A stretch of DNA of 40,000 nt from Delftia acidovorans (GTDB lineage: Bacteria > Pseudomonadota > Gammaproteobacteria > Burkholderiales > Burkholderiaceae_C): assembly GCF_037146395.1 (NCBI RefSeq), contig NZ_JBBCVP010000004.1. One strand, 5' to 3'. The position numbers were made by a program, and so were the translations under genes. Positions 25,651-34,394 of the stretch are shown one piece after another; position 1 is the first letter of the stretch; each line of letters starts with the position of its first letter. The notes under the pieces are model-generated. The model worked only from the letters and a program-made list of their open reading frames with translations, made no database searches and was not told the origin of the DNA.

Positions 25651-26606
25651 GCACCCACCTCCAGGCCTTCGTGCACACGCTGCGCTTCGAGGCCCAGGAC
25701 ACCATCAGCGTGGACCTGCGGCCCGTGGCGGGCGGGGAGTTCCCCGCCTTCACGCCGGGCTCGCACATCGATCTGCACCTGCCCAACGGCCTGGTGCGCA
25801 GCTACTCGCTGAGCAACCCCAGCGAGGAGCGCCACCGCTACGTGGTCGGCGTGCTGCGCGACCGCGCCAGCCGCGGCGGCTCGCGCTGCGTGCACGAGTC
25901 GCTGCGCGTGGGCATGCCCATCACCATCTCCGAGCCGCGCAACCATTTCGCGCTCCATGAAGACGCCGCGCACACCGTGCTGGTGGCCGGCGGCATCGGC
26001 ATCACGCCGCTGCTGTGCATGGCGCGCCGGCTCAAGGGCCAGGGCCGCTCGTTCGAGATGCTGTACTTCGCCCGCGAGCGCAAGGGCGCGGCCTTCCTGG
26101 AAGAGCTGCAGGCGCTGGGCATGCCGCTGCACCTGCACTTCGACAGCGAGGCCGGCGGCCCGCCCGACCTGCACGCGCTGCTGGCCCAACGCCAGCCAGA
26201 CGCGGGCACGCACCACTACGCCTGCGGCCCCACCCCCATGCTGGACGCCTTCGAGAAGCTCTGCGCCGAACTGGGCCACGCCAACGCCCACATCGAGCGC
26301 TTCACGCCCGTGGAGGTCAAGGCCGCCGACGATGCGCGCAGCAACTACACGGTGGAGCTCAAGCGCAGCGGCCGCTTCATCGAGATCACGCCTGAGAAGT
26401 CGCTGCTGGACACGCTGCTGGATGCCGGCATCAAGATGGATTACAGCTGCTGCGAAGGCGTCTGCGGCTCCTGCGAGACGCGCGTGCTCGAAGGCGTTCC
26501 GGACCATCGCGACTCGGTGCTCAGCCCCAAGGAAAAGGCCAGCAACAAGGTGATGATGGTCTGCGTTTCCGGCTGCAAGAGCGAACGTTTAGTGCTCGAT
26601 ATCTGA
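25647..26606 (+). CDS. PDR/VanB-type oxygenase reductase (FMN + NAD(P)H + plant-type [2Fe-2S])
   Basis: 319 aa. Motifs RSYSLS, GGIGITP, and C-terminal CCEGVCGSCET...C. ATGA overlap with the oxygenase stop. Confidence 0.92.
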   Translation: MSTHLQAFVHTLRFEAQDTISVDLRPVAGGEFPAFTPGSHIDLHLPNGLVRSYSLSNPSEERHRYVVGVLRDRASRGGSRCVHESLRVGMPITISEPRNHFALHEDAAHTVLVAGGIGITPLLCMARRLKGQGRSFEMLYFARERKGAAFLEELQALGMPLHLHFDSEAGGPPDLHALLAQRQPDAGTHHYACGPTPMLDAFEKLCAELGHANAHIERFTPVEVKAADDARSNYTVELKRSGRFIEITPEKSLLDTLLDAGIKMDYSCCEGVCGSCETRVLEGVPDHRDSVLSPKEKASNKVMMVCVSGCKSERLVLDI

Positions 26607-26674
26607 GCAGGCAATCAGACCTGCAAGGCAACAACCCACCACCCCCAAGCCACCACCCCAGAGGAGACCACCCC

Positions 26675-27742
26675 ATGAAAACCATCCATACGCCCATGCT
26701 GGGCGTGGCGCTAGCCTGCCTGGCGTCCTTGCCCGGTGCCGCTTCGGCGCAGTCCAAGGTCGAGATCTTCGGCGTCGTCGATGTCGGCGTCACGCACCTG
26801 AACGGCTCAGGTCCCTCCAAGACCGGCCTGTCCACGGGCGGCGCCAACATCAGCCGCATCGGCTTTCGCGGCACGGAAGAGCTGGGCGGCGGCCTGCGCG
26901 CGGGCTTCTGGCTGGAAGCGGGCATGGACGTGGACAGCGGCTCGGGCAAGGCCAGCGGTGGCGGCCTGAGCTTCAACCGCCGCTCCACCGTGAGCCTGTC
27001 GGGCGACTTCGGCGAAGTGCGCCTGGGCCGCGATGACTCGGCCACCTTCCTGAGCACGCTGATCTTCGACCCCTTCCTCACCAACGGCGTGGGCGGCACC
27101 ATGGGCTTCACCATGCTGGGCATTCCCGGCACGGGCACGGCCACGGGCGGCGCGCCCATCCAGATCAGCAACGCGGTCAGCTACTTCCTGCCGCAGAACC
27201 TGGGCGGCTTCTACGGCCAGGTGCAGGTGGCCATGGGCGAGCAGGCGCGCAGCGCACCCAACAAGAACCAGGGCGACTACCGCGGCCTGCGCTTCGGCTA
27301 CCGCCAGGGTCCCTTCAACGGCGCGCTGGCCACGGGCAAGTTCTATGGCGACAGCGATGCGACCAACCTCACGGCCAGCAACGTGGGCCTGAGCTGGGAC
27401 TTCGGCGTGGCCAAGCCCATGCTGCTGTGGGCCACCGAAAAGCGCGGCGCGCTCAAGGTCACGGCCCTGCAGCTGGGCGTGACCGCGCCCGTGGGCATGG
27501 GTGAGTTCAAGGCCTCCTACGGCCACTACAACACCGACGGCAGCAATGCCGACTGGAACAAGATCAGCGTGGGCTACGGGCACAACCTGTCCAAGCGCAC
27601 CCAGGTCTACGGCACGGTGGCCTTCCTCAAGAACAAGGATGGCGCGGCCAAGTCCATCGGCGTGCAGGGCCTGTCGGCCCCGGGCACCACGCTGGGCGGC
27701 CGCTCCTCCGGCTTCGAGGTGGGCGTGCGCCACTTCTTCTGA
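26675..27742 (+). CDS. outer-membrane porin (Omp32/general Gram-negative porin family)
   Basis: 355 aa. Signal peptide ends ...GAASAQS. Motifs VEIFGVVDVG, RIGFRGTEELGGGL. C-terminal ...VGVRHFF. Confidence 0.9.
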   Translation: MKTIHTPMLGVALACLASLPGAASAQSKVEIFGVVDVGVTHLNGSGPSKTGLSTGGANISRIGFRGTEELGGGLRAGFWLEAGMDVDSGSGKASGGGLSFNRRSTVSLSGDFGEVRLGRDDSATFLSTLIFDPFLTNGVGGTMGFTMLGIPGTGTATGGAPIQISNAVSYFLPQNLGGFYGQVQVAMGEQARSAPNKNQGDYRGLRFGYRQGPFNGALATGKFYGDSDATNLTASNVGLSWDFGVAKPMLLWATEKRGALKVTALQLGVTAPVGMGEFKASYGHYNTDGSNADWNKISVGYGHNLSKRTQVYGTVAFLKNKDGAAKSIGVQGLSAPGTTLGGRSSGFEVGVRHFF

Positions 27743-27771
27743 TACAGCCCATCGGGCGATAGAGACTTGCC

Positions 27772-29067
27772 ATGAACGATATGCGTGCGGCCCGCTGGTG
27801 GGGGGTGATCAGCCTCTTCATCATCGTCGCCATCTCCTATGTGGACCGGATCAACCTTTCGATCCTCATCCTCGACCAGGGATTCCTGGACCACATCGGG
27901 CTGACGCACGACGACCGCACGCGCCAGGGCCTGCTGGCCACGGCCTTCATGGTGGGCTACGGTGTTTCTTCCTTCGTGTTGACGCCGTTTTGCGCGGCGC
28001 TCTTCGGCGTGCGCCGAAGCCTGGTGGTCGGCCTGCTGCTGTGGGGCGCCGTGTCCTTTCTGTCCCCGGCCATGAACAGCTATGGCCTGCTGCTGGCCTC
28101 GCGCATCCTGCTGGGCATCTCCGAAGGGCCGCTGTACTCGCTGGCGGGCAGCTACATCAAGGCGCATTTCCAGAGCCATGAGAACGGCCTGCCCAACTCC
28201 TTCGTGAACATGGGCACGGGCCTGGGGCTGGCGGTGGGCTACCCGCTGATCGGCTACCTGGTGGCCGGCCATGACTGGCAGACCTCGTTCCATGTGCTGG
28301 GCCTGATCAATGTGGCCATCGGCATCCCGCTGGTGCTGGCCTTCATCCGCATGCCCCGCGTGGACACCGGCATGCCGCGCCCGCGCTCCCTGGGCGAGGC
28401 CGTGGGCCAGGTCGGCCGGATCGTGCGCGGCGCCATGCACACACGCTATCTGGTGCTGGTGGCCGTGCTGTCGGCGGCCTTCTTCTCCTACCTCTGGGGC
28501 AGCAGCAACTGGTTGCCGGCCTACCTGGAGTCGCGCGGCTTTTCGCTGCGCGAGATGGGCTGGCTGGCCTCGCTGCCCCAGTACGCCACGGTGCTGGCCG
28601 TGCTGGTCGGCGGTATCGTGATCGACCGCCTGCCGCGCCGCCAGGTGCCGCTGATCTTCGTCGGCGGCAGCCTGGGCCTGGCGCTGGCCATCTGGCTGGC
28701 CATCCATATGGACGACCGGTACGCGGCGGCCTACTGCCTGATCGCCGCCAACTTCTGCTGGGGCCTGATGAGCCCGGCCATTCCCAGCACCGTGCAGTAC
28801 TGCGCGCGGCCCGAGCATGTGGCCAGCGCCTACGGCGTCGTCAACGGCACGGCGACCCTGGCGGCGGGCTTCATGCCCGCGCTCATGGGGGCCGTCATCG
28901 GCTGGACCTCGCATTCGGCCGGTGGCGGTTTCGTCGCAGGCTTCAGCCTGCTGGTGGGCACGCAGCTGGTGGTCATGGTCTGCGGCCTGGTGCTGTGGCT
29001 GCGCGAGCGCGGCCAGGGCACCGACGGTGCCAGCGATGCCCGGGACAGGTCGGCGCGCACGGCCTGA
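27772..29067 (+). CDS. MFS transporter (anion:cation symporter-like organic acid permease)
   Basis: 431 aa with about 12 hydrophobic segments. Motifs YVDRINLS near the N-terminus and LLGISEGP. Confidence 0.85.
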   Translation: MNDMRAARWWGVISLFIIVAISYVDRINLSILILDQGFLDHIGLTHDDRTRQGLLATAFMVGYGVSSFVLTPFCAALFGVRRSLVVGLLLWGAVSFLSPAMNSYGLLLASRILLGISEGPLYSLAGSYIKAHFQSHENGLPNSFVNMGTGLGLAVGYPLIGYLVAGHDWQTSFHVLGLINVAIGIPLVLAFIRMPRVDTGMPRPRSLGEAVGQVGRIVRGAMHTRYLVLVAVLSAAFFSYLWGSSNWLPAYLESRGFSLREMGWLASLPQYATVLAVLVGGIVIDRLPRRQVPLIFVGGSLGLALAIWLAIHMDDRYAAAYCLIAANFCWGLMSPAIPSTVQYCARPEHVASAYGVVNGTATLAAGFMPALMGAVIGWTSHSAGGGFVAGFSLLVGTQLVVMVCGLVLWLRERGQGTDGASDARDRSARTA

Positions 29068-29073
29068 CCTGCC

Positions 29074-29982
29074 CTACAGCGCGCCCGCTGCGGCGCATTG
29101 CTCCAGAAACGACACCAGGGCCTGCACGCGCGCCGTGCGGCCCTTGCGCGTGGGCACCAGCAGGGTGACGGGTGCGCTGCCGAAATGCCAGTCGGGCAGC
29201 ACGCGCACCAGCCGGCCCTCGGCAACGGCCGGTGCCATGTCCCATTGCGAACGCAGCACCAGGCCCAGTCCCTGCTCGGCCCAGTGGCGGGCCACGCCGC
29301 CGTCGTTGGTCACATAGGACGGCGTCACGCGCAGGGTCTGGCCGTCCGCGGCGCGCCGGCTGGCGGCCGGGTGCAGGTGCCACAGGGTCACGTCTTCCTC
29401 GTTCTCGCGGATGCAGATGCAGGCGTGCTGCAGCAGTTCACGTGGCGTGGCGGGCATGCCGTGGCGGCGCAGGTAGTCGGGGCTGGCGCACAGCCAGCGG
29501 TCATTGGCGGCCAGTTCGCGCGCCACCCAGGAGGAGTCGCGCACCACGCCGATGTGGAGCACGGCGTCGGCATCGTGGCGGTCGGGGAAGGGCGTTTCGC
29601 GCAGGTCCAGCTGCAGCTTCAGTTGCGGGTGCTGGCGCGTGAAGGCCACCAGGGCCGGGGCCAGCCGGCTGCGCCCGTAGCCGAAGGGCGCGGCAATGCG
29701 CAGCGTGCCGCCCAGCTGGCGCTGGTCGCCGTGCAGCGAGTCGCGCAATTCCTCGATCTGGCCCAGCAGCCGCGCGGCCTCGCGGGCGAAGCGCTCTCCC
29801 TCGGGCGTCAGGGCCAGGCGCCGCGCGCTGCGGTTGGCCAGGGACAGGCCCAGTTCGGCCTCCAGCCGGCGCAGCCGCATGGACAGGGCAGGCGGCGTCA
29901 CATCGAGCGCACGGGCTGCGGCGCTCAGCGAGCTTTCGCGCAGCAGGGCGGCGGCAAGCTGCAGGTCTTCGATGGCAATCAT
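29074..29982 (-). CDS. LysR-family transcriptional regulator
   Basis: 302 aa. HTH SLSAAARALDVTPPALSMRLRRLE. Convergent with the MFS gene (6-bp gap) and divergent from the HAD gene. Confidence 0.9.
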   Translation of the reverse strand: MIAIEDLQLAAALLRESSLSAAARALDVTPPALSMRLRRLEAELGLSLANRSARRLALTPEGERFAREAARLLGQIEELRDSLHGDQRQLGGTLRIAAPFGYGRSRLAPALVAFTRQHPQLKLQLDLRETPFPDRHDADAVLHIGVVRDSSWVARELAANDRWLCASPDYLRRHGMPATPRELLQHACICIRENEEDVTLWHLHPAASRRAADGQTLRVTPSYVTNDGGVARHWAEQGLGLVLRSQWDMAPAVAEGRLVRVLPDWHFGSAPVTLLVPTRKGRTARVQALVSFLEQCAAAGAL

Positions 29983-29983
29983 T

Positions 29984-30002
29984 CAATTTGCCTTAACGAT
30001 TG
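29984..30002. promoter_or_regulatory. LysR-type box candidate (CAAT-N11-ATTG)
   Basis: CAATTTGCCTTAACGATTG lies immediately upstream of the LysR start in the 72-bp divergent intergenic region. It contains the T-N11-A core. Confidence 0.4.
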
Positions 30003-30054
30003 ATGACGGCGGATTTAACCACGGGCACAGGTTCCGTCCGTACAGTTCCAGGCC

Positions 30055-30729
30055 ATGAACACCCCAGCCCCACTGGCGGAACCGACCGCCGCCGCCTGGC
30101 CCCGCGCCGTGCTTTTTGACCTGCTGACCGCCTTGCTCGACTCCTGGACGGTATGGAACAGCGCTGCCGGCAGCGAGGCCGCAGGGCGCGACTGGCGCGC
30201 CGAATACCTGCGCCTGACCTATGGCTGCGGCGCCTACCGGCCCTATGAAGACCTGGTGCGCGAGGCGGCCCGCAACCGGGGCCTGCCCGCCTCGGCCGCC
30301 GAGCGGCTGGAGGCGCAATGGGACCAGCTGCAGCCCTGGGATGGCGCGCGCGAGCTGCTGGCCGCGCTGCGCCCGCACTGCCGCCTGGCCGTGGTGACCA
30401 ACTGCTCCGAGCGCCTGGGTCAACGTGCTGCCGCGCTGCTGGGCGTGGATTGGGACGTGGTGGTGACCTCGGAAGCAGCGGGTTTCTACAAGCCCGACCC
30501 CCGGCCCTACCGGCTGGCGCTGGACCGGCTGGGGCTGCCTGCGGACCAGGCCGCCTTCGTGGCCGGATCGGGCTATGACCTGTTCGGCACCTCGGCCGTG
30601 GGCCTGCGTACCTTCTGGCACAACCGCGTGGGTCTGTCGCGGCCTGCGGGCGCGCCCGCCGCCGAGGGGGAAGCCGCCACGCTGGATCCCGCCTTGCCCT
30701 GGCTGCGCGGCTTTGCCGCAGGCCGCTGA
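30055..30729 (+). CDS. HAD-superfamily hydrolase (haloacid dehalogenase-like, subfamily IA type)
   Basis: 224 aa. Motif I FDLLTAL, VVTNCS, and FYKPDPRPY (Lys motif). Confidence 0.75.
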   Translation: MNTPAPLAEPTAAAWPRAVLFDLLTALLDSWTVWNSAAGSEAAGRDWRAEYLRLTYGCGAYRPYEDLVREAARNRGLPASAAERLEAQWDQLQPWDGARELLAALRPHCRLAVVTNCSERLGQRAAALLGVDWDVVVTSEAAGFYKPDPRPYRLALDRLGLPADQAAFVAGSGYDLFGTSAVGLRTFWHNRVGLSRPAGAPAAEGEAATLDPALPWLRGFAAGR

Positions 30730-30757
30730 CCGTGCCAAGTCTCTTTCAGGAGCCGCC

Positions 30758-31900
30758 ATGCAAGACACTCTTTTGACCCTGGACACGCCTGCTGCCGTGA
30801 TCGACCTCGACCGCATGCAGCGCAACATCGCCCGCATGCAGCAGCGCATGGACGCGCAGGGCGTGCGCCTGCGCCCCCATGTGAAGACCAGCAAGAGCGT
30901 GCCCGTGGCCGCCGCGCAGCGTGCGGCCGGGGCCTCGGGCATCACGGTCTCCACCTTGAAGGAGGCCGAGCAGTTCTTTGCCGCTGGCACCACCGACATC
31001 CTCTATGCGGTCAGCATGGCGCCGCACCGCCTGCCGCATGCGCTGCACCTGCGCCGGCGCGGCTGCGATCTCAAGCTCATCGTGGACAGCGTGGCGGCGG
31101 CCCAGGCCATTGCCGTCTTTGGCCAGGATCAGGGCGAGGCCTTCGAGGTGTGGATAGAGATCGATACCGACGGCCACCGCTCTGGCGTGGGCGCAGACGA
31201 TGCGCCGCTGCTGCTGGCCATTGGCCGCACGCTGCATGAGGCCGGCATGCGCCTGGGCGGTGTGCTGACGCATGCCGGCTCCAGCTACGAGCTGGATACG
31301 CCCGAGGCGCTGCAGGCCCTGGCCGAGCGCGAGCGCGCCGGCTGCGTGCAGGCCGCCGAGGCCCTGCGCGCGGCCGGCCTGCCGTGCCCCGTGGTCAGCG
31401 TGGGCTCCACGCCCACGGCGCTGGCGGCCAGCCGGCTGGACGGCGTGACCGAGGTGCGCGCAGGCGTCTACGTGTTCTTCGACCTGGTGATGCGCAACAT
31501 CGGCGTGTGCGCAGCCGAGGACGTGGCGCTGTCGGTGCTGGCCACCGTGATCGGCCACCAGGCCGACAAGGGCTGGGCCATCGTGGACGCGGGCTGGATG
31601 GCCATGAGCCGCGACCGGGGAACGGCCCGGCAGAAACAGGATTTCGGCTACGGCCAGGTCTGCGACCTGCAGGGGCGGGTGATGCCGGGCTTCGTGCTCA
31701 CGGGCGCCAACCAGGAGCACGGCATTCTGGCCCGGGCCGATGGCACGGCGCAGGCCGACATCGCCACGCGCTTTCCCCTGGGCACGCGGCTGCGCATCCT
31801 GCCCAACCATGCCTGCGCCACGGGTGCGCAGTTCCCGGCCTACCAGGCGCTGGCGGCAGATGGCTCGGTGCAGCCCTGGGAGCGGCTCCATGGCTGGTGA
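30758..31900 (+). CDS. DSD1-family PLP-dependent enzyme (D-serine/D-threo-3-hydroxyaspartate dehydratase-like, alanine racemase-type fold)
   Basis: 380 aa from ATG 30758 (CAGGAG upstream). PLP-lysine context RPHVKTSK. C-terminal ...LPNHAC, typical of the family. Confidence 0.8.
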   Translation: MQDTLLTLDTPAAVIDLDRMQRNIARMQQRMDAQGVRLRPHVKTSKSVPVAAAQRAAGASGITVSTLKEAEQFFAAGTTDILYAVSMAPHRLPHALHLRRRGCDLKLIVDSVAAAQAIAVFGQDQGEAFEVWIEIDTDGHRSGVGADDAPLLLAIGRTLHEAGMRLGGVLTHAGSSYELDTPEALQALAERERAGCVQAAEALRAAGLPCPVVSVGSTPTALAASRLDGVTEVRAGVYVFFDLVMRNIGVCAAEDVALSVLATVIGHQADKGWAIVDAGWMAMSRDRGTARQKQDFGYGQVCDLQGRVMPGFVLTGANQEHGILARADGTAQADIATRFPLGTRLRILPNHACATGAQFPAYQALAADGSVQPWERLHGW

Positions 31901-32309
31901 AAACGGGATCGATCTGCGCCATGCATCGCCGAACCTGCCTGCGCCGGGCGGCCACTACAGCCACACGGCCACGGGCCAGGGGCTGGTCTTCGTGTCAGGG
32001 CAACTGCCCATACGGCCCGACGGCACGCGCCTGGTGGATGCCGGTTTCGAGGACCAGGCCCGGCAGGCGCTGGACAACCTGGCTGCGGCGCTGGCGCTGG
32101 CCGGCAGCGGTGTGGACCGGCTGCTGCAGGTGCGCGTGTACCTGGACGACATCGCGCACTGGCCGGCCTTCGACCGCCTCTATGCCGACTGGGCCGGCGC
32201 GCACCGGCCCGCGCGCGCCGTGGTGCCCACGGGGGCGCTGCATTTCGGGTTGAAGGTGGAGATCGAGGCCGTGGCGCTGGCATGCGCCAGCCGCGTCCCC
32301 GCTACTTGA
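31890..32309 (+). CDS. ridA: RidA/YjgF-family reactive enamine/imine deaminase
   Basis: 139 aa. Motifs GHYSHT, VSGQLP, RAVV...LHFGLKVEIEAVA. The start overlaps the dehydratase gene's end by 11 bp. Confidence 0.8.
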   Translation: MAGENGIDLRHASPNLPAPGGHYSHTATGQGLVFVSGQLPIRPDGTRLVDAGFEDQARQALDNLAAALALAGSGVDRLLQVRVYLDDIAHWPAFDRLYADWAGAHRPARAVVPTGALHFGLKVEIEAVALACASRVPAT

Positions 32310-33288
32310 GCCAGCCGCGCTTGCGGAAGTAGAGCATGGGGCCCACGGCGCTCAGGATCATCAGCAGGATCACGTAGACATAGCCGTATTCCCATTCCAG
32401 CTCGGGCATGAACTTGAAGTTCATGCCGTAGACGCTGGCGATGAGCGTGGGCGGCAGCAGGGCCACGCTGGCCACCGAGAAGATCTTGATGATCTTGTTC
32501 TGGTTGATGTTGATGAAGCCGACCGTGGCATCCATCAGGAAGTTGATCTTGTCGAAGAGGAAGGCCGTGTGGCTGTCCAGCGACTCGATGTCGCGCAGGA
32601 TCTGGCGCGCCTCCTCGAACTGCTCGGCATTGAGCATCTTGGAGCGCATCATGAAGCTGACGGCGCGGCGCGTGTCCATGACGTTGCGGCGGATGCGCCC
32701 GTTCAGGTCTTCCTGGCGCGCGATGGCGCCCAGCACCTCGCGGGCCACGTCGTCGGTCACGTCGCCGGACAGCACCATCTGGCTGGCTTTTTCCAGGTCG
32801 TCGTAGATGCCTTCGAGCGTATCGGCCGAGTACTCGGCGTCGGCGTCGAAGAGCTTGAGCAGCACGTCCTTGGCCTCGTCGATCAGGCCCGGCGCGCGGC
32901 GCGCGCGCATGCGCAGCAGGCGGAAGACTGGCACGTCCTCGTCGTGGATGGAGAACAATACGCCGCAGCTGCGCAGGTTCTTGTTGTGCTCGTTGACGAT
33001 GAAGGCCACGCGCACCGAACGGGGATCCTCGTCATCGTCGATCAGGAAGTCGCTGCGGATGTGCAGCTCGCCGTTGTCTTCCTCGTAGAAGCGGGCCGAT
33101 TCCTCGATGTCGTCGTCCATCGCGTCCTCGGGGATGGACAGCTCGTAGTGCTGCTTGATCCAGCGCTTTTCCTCGACCGTGGGCGATTCCAGGTCCACCC
33201 AGATCGGCTTGAAGCGGGACAGCTCCTCCAGCGACTCGATCTCTTCTTGGACCAGGCGGCCATTGGCCAGCGTAAAGATGTTGAGCAT
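32302..33288 (-). CDS. corA: magnesium/cobalt transporter CorA
   Basis: 328 aa from MLNIF (ATG at 33288). YGMNF signature before the last TM segment, and an acidic N-terminal domain. Confidence 0.92.
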   Translation of the reverse strand: MLNIFTLANGRLVQEEIESLEELSRFKPIWVDLESPTVEEKRWIKQHYELSIPEDAMDDDIEESARFYEEDNGELHIRSDFLIDDDEDPRSVRVAFIVNEHNKNLRSCGVLFSIHDEDVPVFRLLRMRARRAPGLIDEAKDVLLKLFDADAEYSADTLEGIYDDLEKASQMVLSGDVTDDVAREVLGAIARQEDLNGRIRRNVMDTRRAVSFMMRSKMLNAEQFEEARQILRDIESLDSHTAFLFDKINFLMDATVGFININQNKIIKIFSVASVALLPPTLIASVYGMNFKFMPELEWEYGYVYVILLMILSAVGPMLYFRKRGWLK

Positions 33289-33461
33289 AGGCTCACTCCA
33301 GGTGTTCTTCTCAGGCGTGCGGGGGATTCGGGGTGCTTTCAACCCCACAGGCCAACCGGGAGTTGAAAGCTACCAACTGGGGTAGGTTTCCACGGAGCTT
33401 TCTCCAAGATTCAAAGCGTTGGATTATGCAGCGTTGCGCTGCAACATGCGGACCGGCTGCA

Positions 33462-34394
33462 CTATTCGGAAGCGGCTCCAGGGGGCATCTGGCGGCCTGT
33501 CACAAAAGCCTGGGCGTGGCACAGGTCGGCCCAGGCGCCCGCCTTGGCCTGGGGGGCGCGCAGCAGGTAGTTGGGGTCGTAGCTGACCACGGCTGGCACG
33601 CCCGCAATGCGGTGCGGCTCGGCGCGCAGGCGGCCCAGCGCCTCCTGGCGCCCCAGCACGGCGCGCGCCGTGGCCAGGCCCAGCACCAGCACGCAGGCCG
33701 GGCGCAGATCGCGCAGCAGTGCCTCCAGCGAGGGCTGCAGCGCCGGGACCTCGGGCGCCTCCTGGCCTTCGGCCGCAGGCTGCACGCGGTGCAGGGCCGC
33801 GCTGTACAGGCGCGGATGGTCCTGCAGGTGGAGCGCGCGCAGCATGTTGTCCAGCAGCCGGGCCGCGTCGCCTTCCAGCGCGGTGCGCGCGCAGTCGGGG
33901 CCGGGGCGCTGGGCGGGCGGCAGGGGCAGGGAGTTGGCTGGCGGCTCCAGCAGGATCAGCCAGCCGCCTTCGCCGCCATCACCGGCGGGCGGGGTTGCCG
34001 CATACACGGGCCGCACGGGCCCCAGGCGCCATCCCAGGCCCGGGGCACCGGCCACGGGCTGCTGCACGTAGCGGCGCGGCGGGCGTTCGCGTTCGGGGAT
34101 GACGGGCGCGGGAGGCGGTGGCGCCTGAACGCGTGCGGGTGCTGGCGCGGCGACAGGCGCCGGTGCAGCAGGCATCGGTGCAACAGGCGTCGGGGAGGGC
34201 GCCTCCTGCACGGGCGGTGGCACGGGGCGGGCCGCGGGCGGAGCTGCCTGGGGCGTCGTCGATGCAGGCGCATCGGCAGGCGCAGCCAGGGCCTCGGACA
34301 GCACGGCCGGTGCGGTCTCGGGCTCGGGCAGCCAGACGGTGATGCCCATGGCGTGCAGCATGGCCCGCTGGCGGGTGTCTAGATTCAGGGCCAT
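33462..34394 (-). CDS. uracil-DNA glycosylase superfamily protein (family-4-like, degenerate motifs) with Pro/Ala-rich linker
   Basis: 310 aa from MALNLDTRQRAML. The C-terminal domain carries EGDAARLLDNMLRAL and SYDPNYLLRAPQAKAGAW. The start overlaps the rimI stop by 10 bp. Confidence 0.75.
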   Translation of the reverse strand: MALNLDTRQRAMLHAMGITVWLPEPETAPAVLSEALAAPADAPASTTPQAAPPAARPVPPPVQEAPSPTPVAPMPAAPAPVAAPAPARVQAPPPPAPVIPERERPPRRYVQQPVAGAPGLGWRLGPVRPVYAATPPAGDGGEGGWLILLEPPANSLPLPPAQRPGPDCARTALEGDAARLLDNMLRALHLQDHPRLYSAALHRVQPAAEGQEAPEVPALQPSLEALLRDLRPACVLVLGLATARAVLGRQEALGRLRAEPHRIAGVPAVVSYDPNYLLRAPQAKAGAWADLCHAQAFVTGRQMPPGAASE

